Part shown: in pieces, positions 27,309-37,210 of the stretch
Numbering within the stretch: position 1 is the first letter of the stretch
Layout: every line of letters begins with the position of its first letter
Origin: Bdellovibrionales bacterium
Lineage (GTDB): Bacteria > Bdellovibrionota > Bdellovibrionia > Bdellovibrionales > UBA1609
DNA length: 64,000 bases
Assembly (NCBI GenBank): GCA_965203095.1
Contig: OZ241877.1
Span: forward strand, 1,024,001 to 1,088,000
Direction of reading: 5' to 3'
Notes under the pieces: model-generated
What the model saw: only the letters and a program-made list of their open reading frames with translations
Told to the model about the DNA's origin: nothing
Databases searched by the model: none
Position numbers and translations under genes: made by a program

Positions 27309-28256
27309 CTAACCACCATTTTTATTTTTCATTTCCAAAACCATTTTTTTAACTGAATTTGCTGAGTTTTTAAATTGTTTTTGCTCTTCAGAGTTTAATG
27401 GGACTTCTATAATCTCTTCCAAGCCCTTTCCCCCCAATTTACAGGGGACTCCTACAAAAACATTTTCTTCCCCATACTCTCCTTTCAACAAGGCGGAGCA
27501 AGGCAAAATCCTCTTTTGGTCTTTTAGAATGGATTCCACCATTTCCACCACTCCCATTGCTGGAGCATAATGAGCAGAACCCCGTTTTAAAAGAGAAACC
27601 ACCTCTCCGCCTCCTTTTTTAGTTCTCTCCACAAGCTCCTCCTGATCTTTTTTGCTTATTAAGACGGAGAGAGGGATCGCCCCTACAGAGCAGTAGCGAA
27701 TTAAGGGGACCATGTTGTCTCCATGTCCTCCCAGGACTAGAGCGGAGATGTCTTTCACTGAGCAGTTCAGCTTTTCCGCAACAAAGCTTTTAAACCGCAA
27801 GCTGTCTAAAACACCGGCCATGCCAACAATTTTTTCCCTTGGAGGTTGGAGAATTTGATAAGCCAAAGAAACCATTGCATCTAAAGGGTTAGAAACCACA
27901 ATAAAAATAGAGTGAGGCGAGTGTTTTTTTAGTTCCTCACAAACACTTTTCATAATTTGCCCATTCATGGCCAAAAGATCTGAGCGACTCATCCCTGGCT
28001 TTCTGGGCTGGCCAGCGGTAATGACTACAATATCTGAGTTTTTTGTTAGGTTATAGTCTGCCCCGCCTTGAATGGATATGCTGGCCCCCAATGCTGGAGC
28101 TGAAGACAAAAGATCCACAGCTCTGCCCCGGGCCAAGCCCTCATTAACATCAATTAGGCTTATGTCGGCCAAATCCTTGGACAAAATCCAATGGGCTGAG
28201 CTTGAGCCTACAAAGCCACTACCTATAATGCTCACTTTTTTTCTTTTATGGGTCAT
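27309..28256 (-). CDS. mdh: Malate dehydrogenase (LDH-like)
   Basis: IIGSGFVG, ITAGQPRKPGMSRSDLL, VSNPLDAM, GMAGVLDSLRF, LGGHGD. Confidence 0.95.
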   Translation of the reverse strand: MTHKRKKVSIIGSGFVGSSSAHWILSKDLADISLIDVNEGLARGRAVDLLSSAPALGASISIQGGADYNLTKNSDIVVITAGQPRKPGMSRSDLLAMNGQIMKSVCEELKKHSPHSIFIVVSNPLDAMVSLAYQILQPPREKIVGMAGVLDSLRFKSFVAEKLNCSVKDISALVLGGHGDNMVPLIRYCSVGAIPLSVLISKKDQEELVERTKKGGGEVVSLLKRGSAHYAPAMGVVEMVESILKDQKRILPCSALLKGEYGEENVFVGVPCKLGGKGLEEIIEVPLNSEEQKQFKNSANSVKKMVLEMKNKNGG

Positions 28257-28502
28257 AAAAACTCCTGAACATCCCTCTGATAAGCTTATTATGCAGTAGG
28301 GACAGGCTCTAAAATTTTCCTTTTAATAAGAATTATCAGAAAAGCAAGGACAATGGCAAAGCTCTTTTTTAAAAATTATTTTAAAAAATATATAGACAAT
28401 GGCTTTTTTTTACTTTATGTTAGCTCCATTCGCCAAGCTTTTTACAATCTCACAAAAAAGGGTGAGGGGGCAAAATCAGCGGGCCATAAAAAAGAGGGAA
28501 AT

Positions 28503-28742
28503 ATGATAGATCAATTAAAAAAAAATCCAAAGGATACAGGTAGTGCTCCGGTGCAAACGGCCCTATTGACACAAAAAATAATTCGGCTTACAAAACACTT
28601 TAATACTCATAAAAAGGACTTTCATTCTATGAGAGGGCTTATGAAAATGGTGAGCCAGAGGAAAAAACTGCTATCCTATATGAAAAAAACAGAACCTAAA
28701 ATTTGGCAAAAAACTGTTGAGAGCTTATCTCTAAGAAAATAA
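28503..28742 (+). CDS. rpsO: 30S ribosomal protein S15
   Basis: DTGSAPVQ, HKKDFHSMRGLMKMVSQRKKLL. Lies directly upstream of pnp. Probable start ATG 28503 (RBS gaggga). Confidence 0.93.
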   Translation: MIDQLKKNPKDTGSAPVQTALLTQKIIRLTKHFNTHKKDFHSMRGLMKMVSQRKKLLSYMKKTEPKIWQKTVESLSLRK

Positions 28743-28789
28743 AAAAAACTTAAACCCAACTATTAAACGAAAGGATAACCTTAATTATT

Positions 28790-30877
28790 ATGAACAAAAA
28801 ACACACTTCTGAATGTGAAATTCAGGGCCAAAAAATTAAAATTGAAACAGGGTTTATGGCTCGTCAAGCGGATGCAGCGGTTCTGGTCAGTTGTGGTGAC
28901 AACCGCGTTTTATCTGCTGTGGTTTCATCTAAAAAGCTCCCTTCAGTGAATTTTTTCCTTTTAACTATAGAGTATCAGGAAAAGTTTTATTCTGTGGGTC
29001 GTGTGCCCGGAGGCTTTTTTAAAAGGGAGGGACGACCCAGTTATGAATCCATTTTGCGTGGCCGGCTAATCGATCGGTCCATTCGCCCGCGCTTCCCAGA
29101 GCATTATCGCTCGGAAACGCAAATAGCCACAGTGATTTTAAGCTCAGATGGGCTTTTCCCAGTGGAAGTTTTAGCCGGTATTGGGGCAAGTTCCGCTTTA
29201 CACATCAGCGATATACCCTTCGAAGGCCCTGTTGCTTTTTTAAAAACCACTTTAAATAAAGGGAAATGGCTTTTGAATCCACAAGAAGAAGGGGAACCAT
29301 CCGATATGGACCTTATTGTTGCGGGAACATTTAAAGGACTGCTTATGGTGGAAGGATCTGCACGATTTGTGTCAGAGGCTCAAGTTTTGGAAGGGTTGAA
29401 ATTTTCTCACCAATCTATGCGACCCATTTTGGAAATGCAAGAAGACTTGAGGCAAAAAACAGGTCAAAAAGCCAAAAGAGATTTTCCCACTATTGAGATA
29501 GAGGAAGAGTTAAGAAAAAAAGTTCAGGAGTTTGTATCCTCTGATTTAGATAAAGCTCTCTTACAAAAAGACAAAAAGACAAGATATTGTATTTATGATG
29601 AGATTGAACAAAAGGCTTTAGAGGAGTTTGTATCTGAAGAAGAGGATCTTACAAAAGAGGTCATATCCATTATTGAAGATTTAAAACACAAAAAAGCCAG
29701 AGATAAGCTCACAAAAAAATCCGAACGGATTGATGGTAGAAGAAACGATGAAGTTCGCCCCATATCCTGTGTGGCGGATATTTTGCCAAGAGCTCATGGT
29801 TCAGCCCTGTTCACGCGGGGGGAAACTCAAGTCCTTGGAGCTGTGACATTAGGAACAGGCGAGGATGAAAAGGTCATCGATAACCTCTGGAACTCTCATA
29901 GCAAAAAGTTTTTCCTTCATTATAACTTTCCTCCTTATTGTGTGGGGGAAACGGGCCGTTTTGGTGGTCAAAGCCGAAGAGAAATTGGGCATGGCTTTTT
30001 AGCCGAAAAGGCTTTGACCGCGGTGATCCCCTCGCATGATAAATTCCCTTATACTATTCGAGTGGTTAGCGAAGTTTTGGAGTCCAACGGTTCCAGCTCC
30101 ATGGGCACTGTTTGCTCTGGAATGATGGCTTTAATGTCAGCAGGGGTCCCTGTCACTGATCAGGTTGCGGGGATTGCCATGGGTTTGATTAAAGAAGGAG
30201 ATCAGGTGATTGTGCTGTCGGATATTCTTGGAGATGAGGATCATCTTGGGGATATGGATTTTAAAGTAGCTGGTTCTAAAGAGGGAATTACAGCTCTACA
30301 AATGGATATTAAAATAGATAGCATAGGTTTTGACATAATCAAAAGGGCACTTGAACAGGCTTTAAAAGGCCGACGGGAAGTTTTAAGTGAAATGCAAAAA
30401 GCCATCTCTGAGCCACGAAAAGAGTTGAGTCAATATGCTCCCAGGATTGAAATTCTAAAAATTGACCCGGAGAAAATCCGCGAAGTGATTGGAACAGGAG
30501 GCAAAACCATCACTGCCATCACTGAGGAAACAGGGGTAAAAATTGATATTGAAAATGACGGAACTTTGTTTATTGCTTCCGTGAAACAAGAGAATTTGGA
30601 AAAAGCAATAAAACTCATTGAACGTATATGTGAAGAGGTAGAAGAGGGGAAGGTTTATGAAGGCTTAGTGACTGGGATTAAAGAGTTTGGAGCATTTGTT
30701 GAGATACTTCCTAAAACCTCTGGTTTGCTTCATGTCTCTCAAATATCTCATAAGAGGGTTGCCAAAGTGTCCGATGTTTTAAAAATGGGAGATAAAATAA
30801 AAGTGAAAGTTGTAAATATAGATAACAGTGGCCGAATCCGCCTCAGTGCCAAAGCAGTTGAGAAAAAAGACAACTAA
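28790..30877 (+). CDS. pnp: Polyribonucleotide nucleotidyltransferase (PNPase)
   Basis: PGGFFKREGRP, RIDGR, HGSALFTRGETQ, ESNGSSSM, EDHLGDMDFKVAG, KH and S1 domains. Confidence 0.98.
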   Translation: MNKKHTSECEIQGQKIKIETGFMARQADAAVLVSCGDNRVLSAVVSSKKLPSVNFFLLTIEYQEKFYSVGRVPGGFFKREGRPSYESILRGRLIDRSIRPRFPEHYRSETQIATVILSSDGLFPVEVLAGIGASSALHISDIPFEGPVAFLKTTLNKGKWLLNPQEEGEPSDMDLIVAGTFKGLLMVEGSARFVSEAQVLEGLKFSHQSMRPILEMQEDLRQKTGQKAKRDFPTIEIEEELRKKVQEFVSSDLDKALLQKDKKTRYCIYDEIEQKALEEFVSEEEDLTKEVISIIEDLKHKKARDKLTKKSERIDGRRNDEVRPISCVADILPRAHGSALFTRGETQVLGAVTLGTGEDEKVIDNLWNSHSKKFFLHYNFPPYCVGETGRFGGQSRREIGHGFLAEKALTAVIPSHDKFPYTIRVVSEVLESNGSSSMGTVCSGMMALMSAGVPVTDQVAGIAMGLIKEGDQVIVLSDILGDEDHLGDMDFKVAGSKEGITALQMDIKIDSIGFDIIKRALEQALKGRREVLSEMQKAISEPRKELSQYAPRIEILKIDPEKIREVIGTGGKTITAITEETGVKIDIENDGTLFIASVKQENLEKAIKLIERICEEVEEGKVYEGLVTGIKEFGAFVEILPKTSGLLHVSQISHKRVAKVSDVLKMGDKIKVKVVNIDNSGRIRLSAKAVEKKDN

Positions 30878-31086
30878 ACAGAGGCATGCTTCTTTTAAAA
30901 ACGGGTTCAATTTCTCCATCTTCACGCAGGAAATAAAATAGGATCCAGCCCATAGGCGGTTGTTTTTCTCCTCTTATTATATTCCTTATCCTTTTACTTA
31001 TAGACATTAAACTTTAGTCCATGAACTCACATGACACACAAAATAAAAGATTAACTTACAAGGGCATTAGAGATTAAAATAAGGAC

Positions 31087-32055
31087 ATGCCACAAGGCGA
31101 CATGACTCCCTTTTTATTTAAAGAAACATTTGAAGCTAAAAAAGAATCTCTTTTAAATCAGTTATCGTCTAAAAACAAAAGATATAAATATAAAAGGTTG
31201 TGCCTTTCACCAATAAGATATGCTGGGGGAAAGTCTTTAGCTGTTGGCCATATTATTGAAAATTTACCTAATATAAAAAGGCTTATTTCTCCGTTCTTTG
31301 GTGGGGGAAGTGTTGAGATTGCAATAGCTCAAAAATTAGGCATTAAAGTAATAGGTTCAGATATAGATAAGCCTCTTGTGAACTATTGGAAGTTCCAGTT
31401 AAAACACCCGGAAAAACTATACAGATCTTTAAAGAGACTTCAGCCGGACAGGGAGACTTATTATAAAGTCATGAGGATATGCAGGAAATGGAGAAGTGGG
31501 GAAAAGAAATTAACGGATCTTCAACTGGCCACATATTTCTTTTTTAATCACGCTTTAAGTTATGGCCCCAGCTTTATAGGCTGGCCGTCAAAAATTTACC
31601 TTAATAAAGAAAGATATTTAAAATTATTGAGTAAATTAAGAAATTTTAAGGCAGAAATAAAAATTTATAATCTTTCTTTTGAAAAACTTTTTAAAAAATA
31701 TCCTAATGATTTTTTTTATTGTGATCCGCCTTATTTTTTAAAAGAAGATTGCCCGTCAAGCAAAATGTTTAACGGAGTATATCCGGAAAGAAACAAACCC
31801 GTTTATCATAATAATTTTGACCATGATTCGTTAAAAAATTGCTTAAAAAAACATAAAGGCGGTTTTATTCTTTCTTATAATAACTGCGATAAAGCTATCA
31901 AGTATTACGAAACATACAAAATAGTTTATCCTGATTGGCAATATACAATGGGTCAAGGGGAGACCAGGATTTCAAAAATCTTAGGGAATAGAAACATATT
32001 TAAAAACAATGCCCATATAAAAAAATCTCATGAAATATTAGCAATTAAAACTTAA
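31087..32055 (+). CDS. Dam-family (D12) N6-adenine DNA methyltransferase
   Basis: RYAGGKS, SPFFGGGSV (motif I), YCDPPY (motif IV), ILSYN. Confidence 0.93.
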   Translation: MPQGDMTPFLFKETFEAKKESLLNQLSSKNKRYKYKRLCLSPIRYAGGKSLAVGHIIENLPNIKRLISPFFGGGSVEIAIAQKLGIKVIGSDIDKPLVNYWKFQLKHPEKLYRSLKRLQPDRETYYKVMRICRKWRSGEKKLTDLQLATYFFFNHALSYGPSFIGWPSKIYLNKERYLKLLSKLRNFKAEIKIYNLSFEKLFKKYPNDFFYCDPPYFLKEDCPSSKMFNGVYPERNKPVYHNNFDHDSLKNCLKKHKGGFILSYNNCDKAIKYYETYKIVYPDWQYTMGQGETRISKILGNRNIFKNNAHIKKSHEILAIKT

Positions 32056-32068
32056 AAATGATTTTCCC

Positions 32069-32626
32069 ATGAAAATACAAGACACAAAAGGATTTGTGTT
32101 AATAGCTAAATGTATTAAAAACACTAAGCAATCAAAAGCATTGATAAGATTTGATTATTCTGTCTGCAAAGACAAACAACTAATTAAGAAAAGAGGAGGA
32201 AGAGTATATTTGATTTGCGTTAATGATGAAATTTATAAAATAGGTTATTCTATAGATAAAAATGGAATGAAAGGAACACTTGGCTTTTATCAAGGGGCTA
32301 TGGCTGGAAAACCAAGTATCAGAAGTTATGGGATACATAAACTGATAAATAAAGAATTAGAAAAAAGCAAAAATGTTTCCGTTTATGTAAAGTATTCTAA
32401 AAAAATAAAAATAGATTCACTTATAATTGGATTAAACAAGGAGCATTCTATACAAGTAAGCCCATCCAAAGAGTTCGAGGATATATGTAAAAAAGATTAT
32501 TATGAATTTGAAGAAATAAAATATCCAAAATGGAATTTTCAGGAAAATGGAAAACAATGGCCAAAAGATATTCAACTTTCTCATAATCAACATGGAAAAA
32601 AACAAATTGACAAAAGAAAAAAATAA
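32069..32626 (+). CDS. Putative GIY-YIG type II restriction endonuclease (Hpy188I-like fold)
   Basis: GRVYLICVNDEIYKIGYS (VY..KIG variant of GIY-YIG), late SKEFE and PKWNFQ. Directly follows the MTase. Confidence 0.65.
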   Translation: MKIQDTKGFVLIAKCIKNTKQSKALIRFDYSVCKDKQLIKKRGGRVYLICVNDEIYKIGYSIDKNGMKGTLGFYQGAMAGKPSIRSYGIHKLINKELEKSKNVSVYVKYSKKIKIDSLIIGLNKEHSIQVSPSKEFEDICKKDYYEFEEIKYPKWNFQENGKQWPKDIQLSHNQHGKKQIDKRKK

Positions 32627-32677
32627 TGTCAAACTATTACACTACAATATAAAATCTAACTCTGCGAATGGAAGAAT

Positions 32678-34267
32678 ATGGCTGAAGACAAACATATAGA
32701 ATGGAAAGAATCCTGGAGAGATGAATATCTCAAATGGATTTGTGGTTTTGCTAATGCTCAAGGTGGGATTCTTGAAATTGGACGAAATGACAAAGGTAAG
32801 GCTATTGGAGTCAAAAACATATCCAAGCTTTTAGAGGATCTGCCAAACAAAATAAGAGATATTTTAGGAATCCTTCCTGAAATAGATCAAACAAAAGAAA
32901 AAGGCAAAAATCTTATTCAAATAAAAATAAGATCTTATACTCATCCTGTAAATTTCAAAGGCCAGTTTTATTATCGAAGTGGTAGCACCAATCAGGAATT
33001 AAGAGGTTCTGCTCTTCATCATTTCCTTTTAAAAAAACTGGGTAAGACATGGGATAGTATTCCTGTTGAAAAGCTATCTGTTTCTAATTTAGATACTGAT
33101 GTTATTGCAAGATTTTGCAAAATGGCTGTTGAGAAGAAACGACTTACTCCCGGCACCTTGAAAGAAACAAACAATAACTTGATTAAGAAACTGCAATTAA
33201 AAGAAGGGAATCAGCTAAAGCGTGCGACTGTTCTGCTTTTTCATCCTGAGCCTGAATCCTACTTCACAGGTGCTTATATCAAAATCGGTTATTTTGCGAA
33301 CCCCGCGGATATTTTATATCATGATGTTGTTCATGGAGATTTATTTACTCAAGTGGAAAGGACTATGGAACTTCTTTTAACAAAATATCTCAAAGCATTT
33401 ATTTCTTATGAAGGTTTGTATAGAAGAGAAACTTATCCTGTTCCTGAAGAGGTATTGCGGGAGGTGATTTTAAATGCTGTTATTCATAAGGATTATACAA
33501 CGGGAGCACCAATTCAAATCAGAGTTTATGAAGATAAAATTGTAATTTGGAACAGTAGCCGTTTCTCTGATAATTGGACAGTGAAAAAACTGCTTTCAAA
33601 ACACATATCGGATCCGTTTAATCCCAATGTGGCAAAAGTGTTTTTCCTGTCAGGGATGATTGAAGCTTGGGGTAGAGGAATTGAGAAAATGATAGAAGGA
33701 TGCAAAACACATGGAGTTCCAAAGCCTTTGTTTCGTGGGGAGACAACTGGTCTGTGGGTTCAGTTTAAAAACCATGATGCGGAAATGAAGAAAAAGCTAA
33801 AAAAAACGCCTATAGAAACGCCTATAGAAACGCCTATAGAAACGCCTATAGAAATCCTTAAAATACTGGCCTCAAATCCAAATATGACAATTCCTGAACT
33901 GGCACAAAAGATTAAGAAATCAGAGAGTGCTACTTGGCGAGCTGTTCGTAGCCTTAGAAAGTCTGGTCATTTAAAACGAATAGGATCAACAAAAAGTGGA
34001 CATTGGCAAATCATGAAAACAAAAATAAAGAAAAAACTAAAAAAAACGCCTATAGAAACGCCTATAGAAACGCCTATAGAAATCCTTAAAATACTGGCCT
34101 CAAATCCAAATATGACAATTCCTGAACTGGCACAAAAGATTAAGAAATCAGAGAGTGCTACTTGGCGAGCTGTTCGTAGCCTTAGAAAGTCTGGTCATTT
34201 AAAAAGAGTGGGATCAACAAAAAGTGGGCACTGGAAAATCATGAAAAATCAAAATAAAACAAGGTAA
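32678..34267 (+). CDS. AlbA_2 (Schlafen-like) / HATPase_c_4 ATP-binding protein with duplicated C-terminal wHTH
   Basis: EDKHIEWKESW, GFANAQGG, YYRSGST, LREVILNAVIHKDY, IEAWGRGI. HTH repeated twice. Confidence 0.88.
   Translation: MAEDKHIEWKESWRDEYLKWICGFANAQGGILEIGRNDKGKAIGVKNISKLLEDLPNKIRDILGILPEIDQTKEKGKNLIQIKIRSYTHPVNFKGQFYYRSGSTNQELRGSALHHFLLKKLGKTWDSIPVEKLSVSNLDTDVIARFCKMAVEKKRLTPGTLKETNNNLIKKLQLKEGNQLKRATVLLFHPEPESYFTGAYIKIGYFANPADILYHDVVHGDLFTQVERTMELLLTKYLKAFISYEGLYRRETYPVPEEVLREVILNAVIHKDYTTGAPIQIRVYEDKIVIWNSSRFSDNWTVKKLLSKHISDPFNPNVAKVFFLSGMIEAWGRGIEKMIEGCKTHGVPKPLFRGETTGLWVQFKNHDAEMKKKLKKTPIETPIETPIETPIEILKILASNPNMTIPELAQKIKKSESATWRAVRSLRKSGHLKRIGSTKSGHWQIMKTKIKKKLKKTPIETPIETPIEILKILASNPNMTIPELAQKIKKSESATWRAVRSLRKSGHLKRVGSTKSGHWKIMKNQNKTR
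33788..34247 (+). repeat. Intragenic tandem duplication (~33788-34019 and ~34028-34247), each copy starting with a 12-bp repeat (ACGCCTATAGAA x4 at 33806-33853, x3 at 34046-34081)
   Basis: Directly visible near-identical segments encoding (TPIE)n-ILKILASNPNMTIPELAQKIKKSESATWRAVRSLRKSGHLKR. Confidence 0.95.
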
Positions 34268-34277
34268 GAGGTTTTTT

Positions 34278-34412
34278 ATGAAGGAAGAATTACTGAAGAT
34301 TTTATTAAAGTTTCAGGACAAATTGCTTGATTTGTCTAAAAGAAATAAAATGATAAATTCTAATTTTCAATCTCGATCAAGAACCCACTTTAGAATCATT
34401 GAAAAAATATTT
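34278..34412 (+). pseudogene. 5' remnant of a DUF4011-type (helicase-associated) gene, in frame with the downstream lipoprotein
   Basis: FQDKLLDLSKRNKMIN matches the DUF4011 N-terminal signature (KLLDLSxRNxLLN). It has its own RBS (agagg) and stops resembling the family after ~42 aa. Confidence 0.6.
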
Positions 34413-35228
34413 ATGAAGAAATTTAAAAATTATTTTATTTACGGTATTTTCTTAAGCGTTTTAAGCATTTCTTGTTCTCAAAAAACTGTTCCTGCTTCTG
34501 TGCCTATCCCTCTTGAAAGAAGTCCACATAAAGCATTTTCCTGTCAAAAGGAGAGCCAGGCATGTTGGGGCTTTCCCGCTTGTGTTCGTTTTTGTGAAGA
34601 ATTGTTTTTTAATAAAGAAAGCCGGAAAAAATGTCTCCAATGGCCGATGGTTTTGTTTGAAGATTTTAACAATTTATTAAATATAATAAGGACACAACCC
34701 TTTCAAGAAATTGATTTAAAGGTTTTAAAATGTTTTATGGATCTCTCAGAAGAAGATAAAACCATCCTTTTTAAACGGCTAAATAAAGATTCAGCTCAGG
34801 AGTTTTTAGAAGAAATAGCCAAAACACCGGAACTGGCATTGATTTTAGCTAAAGAAGATGATAAAAATTTCTCTATTTTTCGCACATTAACAAAAAAAGT
34901 GAGTAGCCGAATTCCCACAGCCATAAAAGGCCGGGGAGGCTCTAAAAATTTTCTTATTTTGCTAAATGAAAATGAAAACCGACCGGCTGGAGTTTGGTTA
35001 GACGACTTTATCAGCCATTTTTGCCGAAGAGACTCCAGTTGCGATGAACCTTTAGATTACTATTGTAAAATTTTAGACAAAACTCGCTCCGAACCTTTAA
35101 AAGACTTTTTTGAAAATGCTTACTTTAAAAAAGAATATAAAAGAAATATTGAATCCAAGTCTTGTGGATCCCAGAACTGTGAGTATGGGAATCTGATTGA
35201 TTTTCGATCCCTCTGTCGTTCATTTTAA
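34413..35228 (+). CDS. Cys-rich hypothetical lipoprotein
   Basis: MKKFKNYFIYGIFLSVLSISC lipobox starting at ATG 34413. Many Cys. Confidence 0.72.
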   Translation: MKKFKNYFIYGIFLSVLSISCSQKTVPASVPIPLERSPHKAFSCQKESQACWGFPACVRFCEELFFNKESRKKCLQWPMVLFEDFNNLLNIIRTQPFQEIDLKVLKCFMDLSEEDKTILFKRLNKDSAQEFLEEIAKTPELALILAKEDDKNFSIFRTLTKKVSSRIPTAIKGRGGSKNFLILLNENENRPAGVWLDDFISHFCRRDSSCDEPLDYYCKILDKTRSEPLKDFFENAYFKKEYKRNIESKSCGSQNCEYGNLIDFRSLCRSF

Positions 35229-37210
35229 AAAGTGAGAGGCAGAGCCTCCCACCGGATCAACTCTTTAGGAATTTCTGAGAGGAATCGGCTGGGAGCATTG
35301 TATTGATCTCTCCCCCAAAGCTTTCTCCGTTTCGCGTAAGAAAGTGTCAACCTCTCTTTAGCTCTGGTCATTCCCACATAAGCCAAACGACGTTCTTCTT
35401 CTAAATTATTATCCTCAACACTTTGAAAGGAGGGGAAAAGATTTTCCTCCATACCGGTAATAAAAACAGAATTAAACTCCAACCCTTTTGAGTTATGAAG
35501 AGTCATTAAGGTCACACAGTCCTGCTCTTCACGAGTTTTGTCCTCTTGTGCCAACAAACTCATTTCCTCTAAAAAATCCTCTAAAGCTATTGATCCCTCG
35601 CTGTGCTCCTCTTTTTGCTCAATGAGATGGCCCAATTCCTGTAAATTTTCAATACGGCTTTGCGACTCCATAGATCGATGAGCTTGCAAAGCTTCAACAT
35701 AGCCACTGCGATCTAAAATCAAACTGTAGATGTCATGAAGAGTAGCCCCTTTAGCTTTTTCACTTTTAGCCTCCTCTATACAACGAATAAAATTATCGAT
35801 CTCTAAAAGGCTTTTGCCCTGGATTCGCCCTTGACGAGCTTGCTCTTTTAAACAATTATATAGGCTTTTTCTCTCCCGCGAAACCTCTTCCTGCAAGCGG
35901 GAGAGAAAACGAGGCCCTATCCCTCGGCGAGGGCTGTTAACTATACTGAGAAAAGAGACATCATCATTGCTATTTAAAACTAACTTCATATAGGACAACA
36001 GATCTTTAACTTCTTTTCGCTCATAAAATCTCAGCCCTCCCACAATTTTATAAGGCACTCCTTCAGCACGAAGATGATCCTCTATCATACGAGATTGAGC
36101 ATTAGTCCGGTAAAGCACAGTGAAATCCCCATAGTTATTTTCATTTCCTGCACAAAAAGAGCGAATGCTTTCTGAAACAAATCGCCCTTCCTCGTAATCA
36201 CTCAATGCCTCGCAGATATGTATTTTCCTGCCGGGTTTTTTTTGGGTTCTAAGGCTTTTCCCTTTGCGAATGCGATTGTGTGAGATAAGCCCATTAGCCC
36301 CTTGGACAATGTTTTGTGTGGAGCGATAATTTTCCTCCAGAAAAAAAGTAGAGCAAGGCTGAAAATCTTTTTCAAAATCCATAATGTTGTTAATATCCGC
36401 CCCTCGCCAGCTATAGATAGACTGATCCTCATCCCCCACAACACATATATTCCTATGTTTTTCCGCCAGTTTTTTTATCAACAAATATTGGATATGGTTA
36501 GTGTCTTGATACTCATCCACACAGATATACTGAAATTGATTTTGAAGGGACTTTAAAAAATCCGGCCACCGGAGCATTAAACGATAAGTTTCTAAAAGGA
36601 GGCTCTCAAAATCAAAAGCATCGGCTCGTTTAAGGGCTTTTTCATAATTTTGATAAATGAGTTCAAACTGCTGATCGTAAAAAAGATGAGGTTGTGAGCT
36701 TATCTCATGAGGGGCCAGCCCCATCCTCTTGCACAAATTGATTTGAGATCGAAGGTTTTTTGGATCTTTAATTTTAGAATCTATATTCAAATCCCTTAAA
36801 ACTTTTTTAATCAGTTTTAACTGATCAGCTTGATCGTAAATGTTAACGGATTTTCTGCCATGTAAAAGATGTGTATTTTGCCTTAAAATTTGAGCACAAA
36901 CGGAATGAAAAGTGCCTATCCAGGGAGTCCAACCTATACTTTTCCCATAAAAGGAAAGTAAATTGAGTGCTCTCTCCTTCATTTCCCTTGCGGCTTTGTT
37001 GGTGAAAGTGACAGCCAGAATGTTATCCCAAGAGCTTATACCCTCTAAAACCAAAGCGGTAATCCTGTAAACTAAAACACGGGTTTTCCCTGAGCCGGCT
37101 CCGGCCCAAACTAAAACCGGCCCTTTAAAAGTTTTAACTGCTGACCGTTGGCTGGTATTAAGATCTTTATACAAATCCCTTTCCGAGCTTTTTAAAAATA
37201 AATTTTCCAT
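35225..37210 (-). CDS. uvrD: UvrD/PcrA family DNA helicase
   Basis: AGAGSGKT, VTFTNKAAREM, GTFHS, VDEYQDTN, VGDEDQSIYSWRGA, TLHNSKGLEF, EERRLAYVGMTRA. Confidence 0.95.
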   Translation of the reverse strand: MENLFLKSSERDLYKDLNTSQRSAVKTFKGPVLVWAGAGSGKTRVLVYRITALVLEGISSWDNILAVTFTNKAAREMKERALNLLSFYGKSIGWTPWIGTFHSVCAQILRQNTHLLHGRKSVNIYDQADQLKLIKKVLRDLNIDSKIKDPKNLRSQINLCKRMGLAPHEISSQPHLFYDQQFELIYQNYEKALKRADAFDFESLLLETYRLMLRWPDFLKSLQNQFQYICVDEYQDTNHIQYLLIKKLAEKHRNICVVGDEDQSIYSWRGADINNIMDFEKDFQPCSTFFLEENYRSTQNIVQGANGLISHNRIRKGKSLRTQKKPGRKIHICEALSDYEEGRFVSESIRSFCAGNENNYGDFTVLYRTNAQSRMIEDHLRAEGVPYKIVGGLRFYERKEVKDLLSYMKLVLNSNDDVSFLSIVNSPRRGIGPRFLSRLQEEVSRERKSLYNCLKEQARQGRIQGKSLLEIDNFIRCIEEAKSEKAKGATLHDIYSLILDRSGYVEALQAHRSMESQSRIENLQELGHLIEQKEEHSEGSIALEDFLEEMSLLAQEDKTREEQDCVTLMTLHNSKGLEFNSVFITGMEENLFPSFQSVEDNNLEEERRLAYVGMTRAKERLTLSYAKRRKLWGRDQYNAPSRFLSEIPKELIRWEALPLTF

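Noticed and set aside
28353..28502. 129-aa extended S15, and other long upstream ORF-track starts (1440, 13488, 21683, 37990, 40667, 53857)
   Set aside because: The extensions cover promoter-like or upstream-gene sequence and do not resemble the protein families, so downstream starts were preferred.
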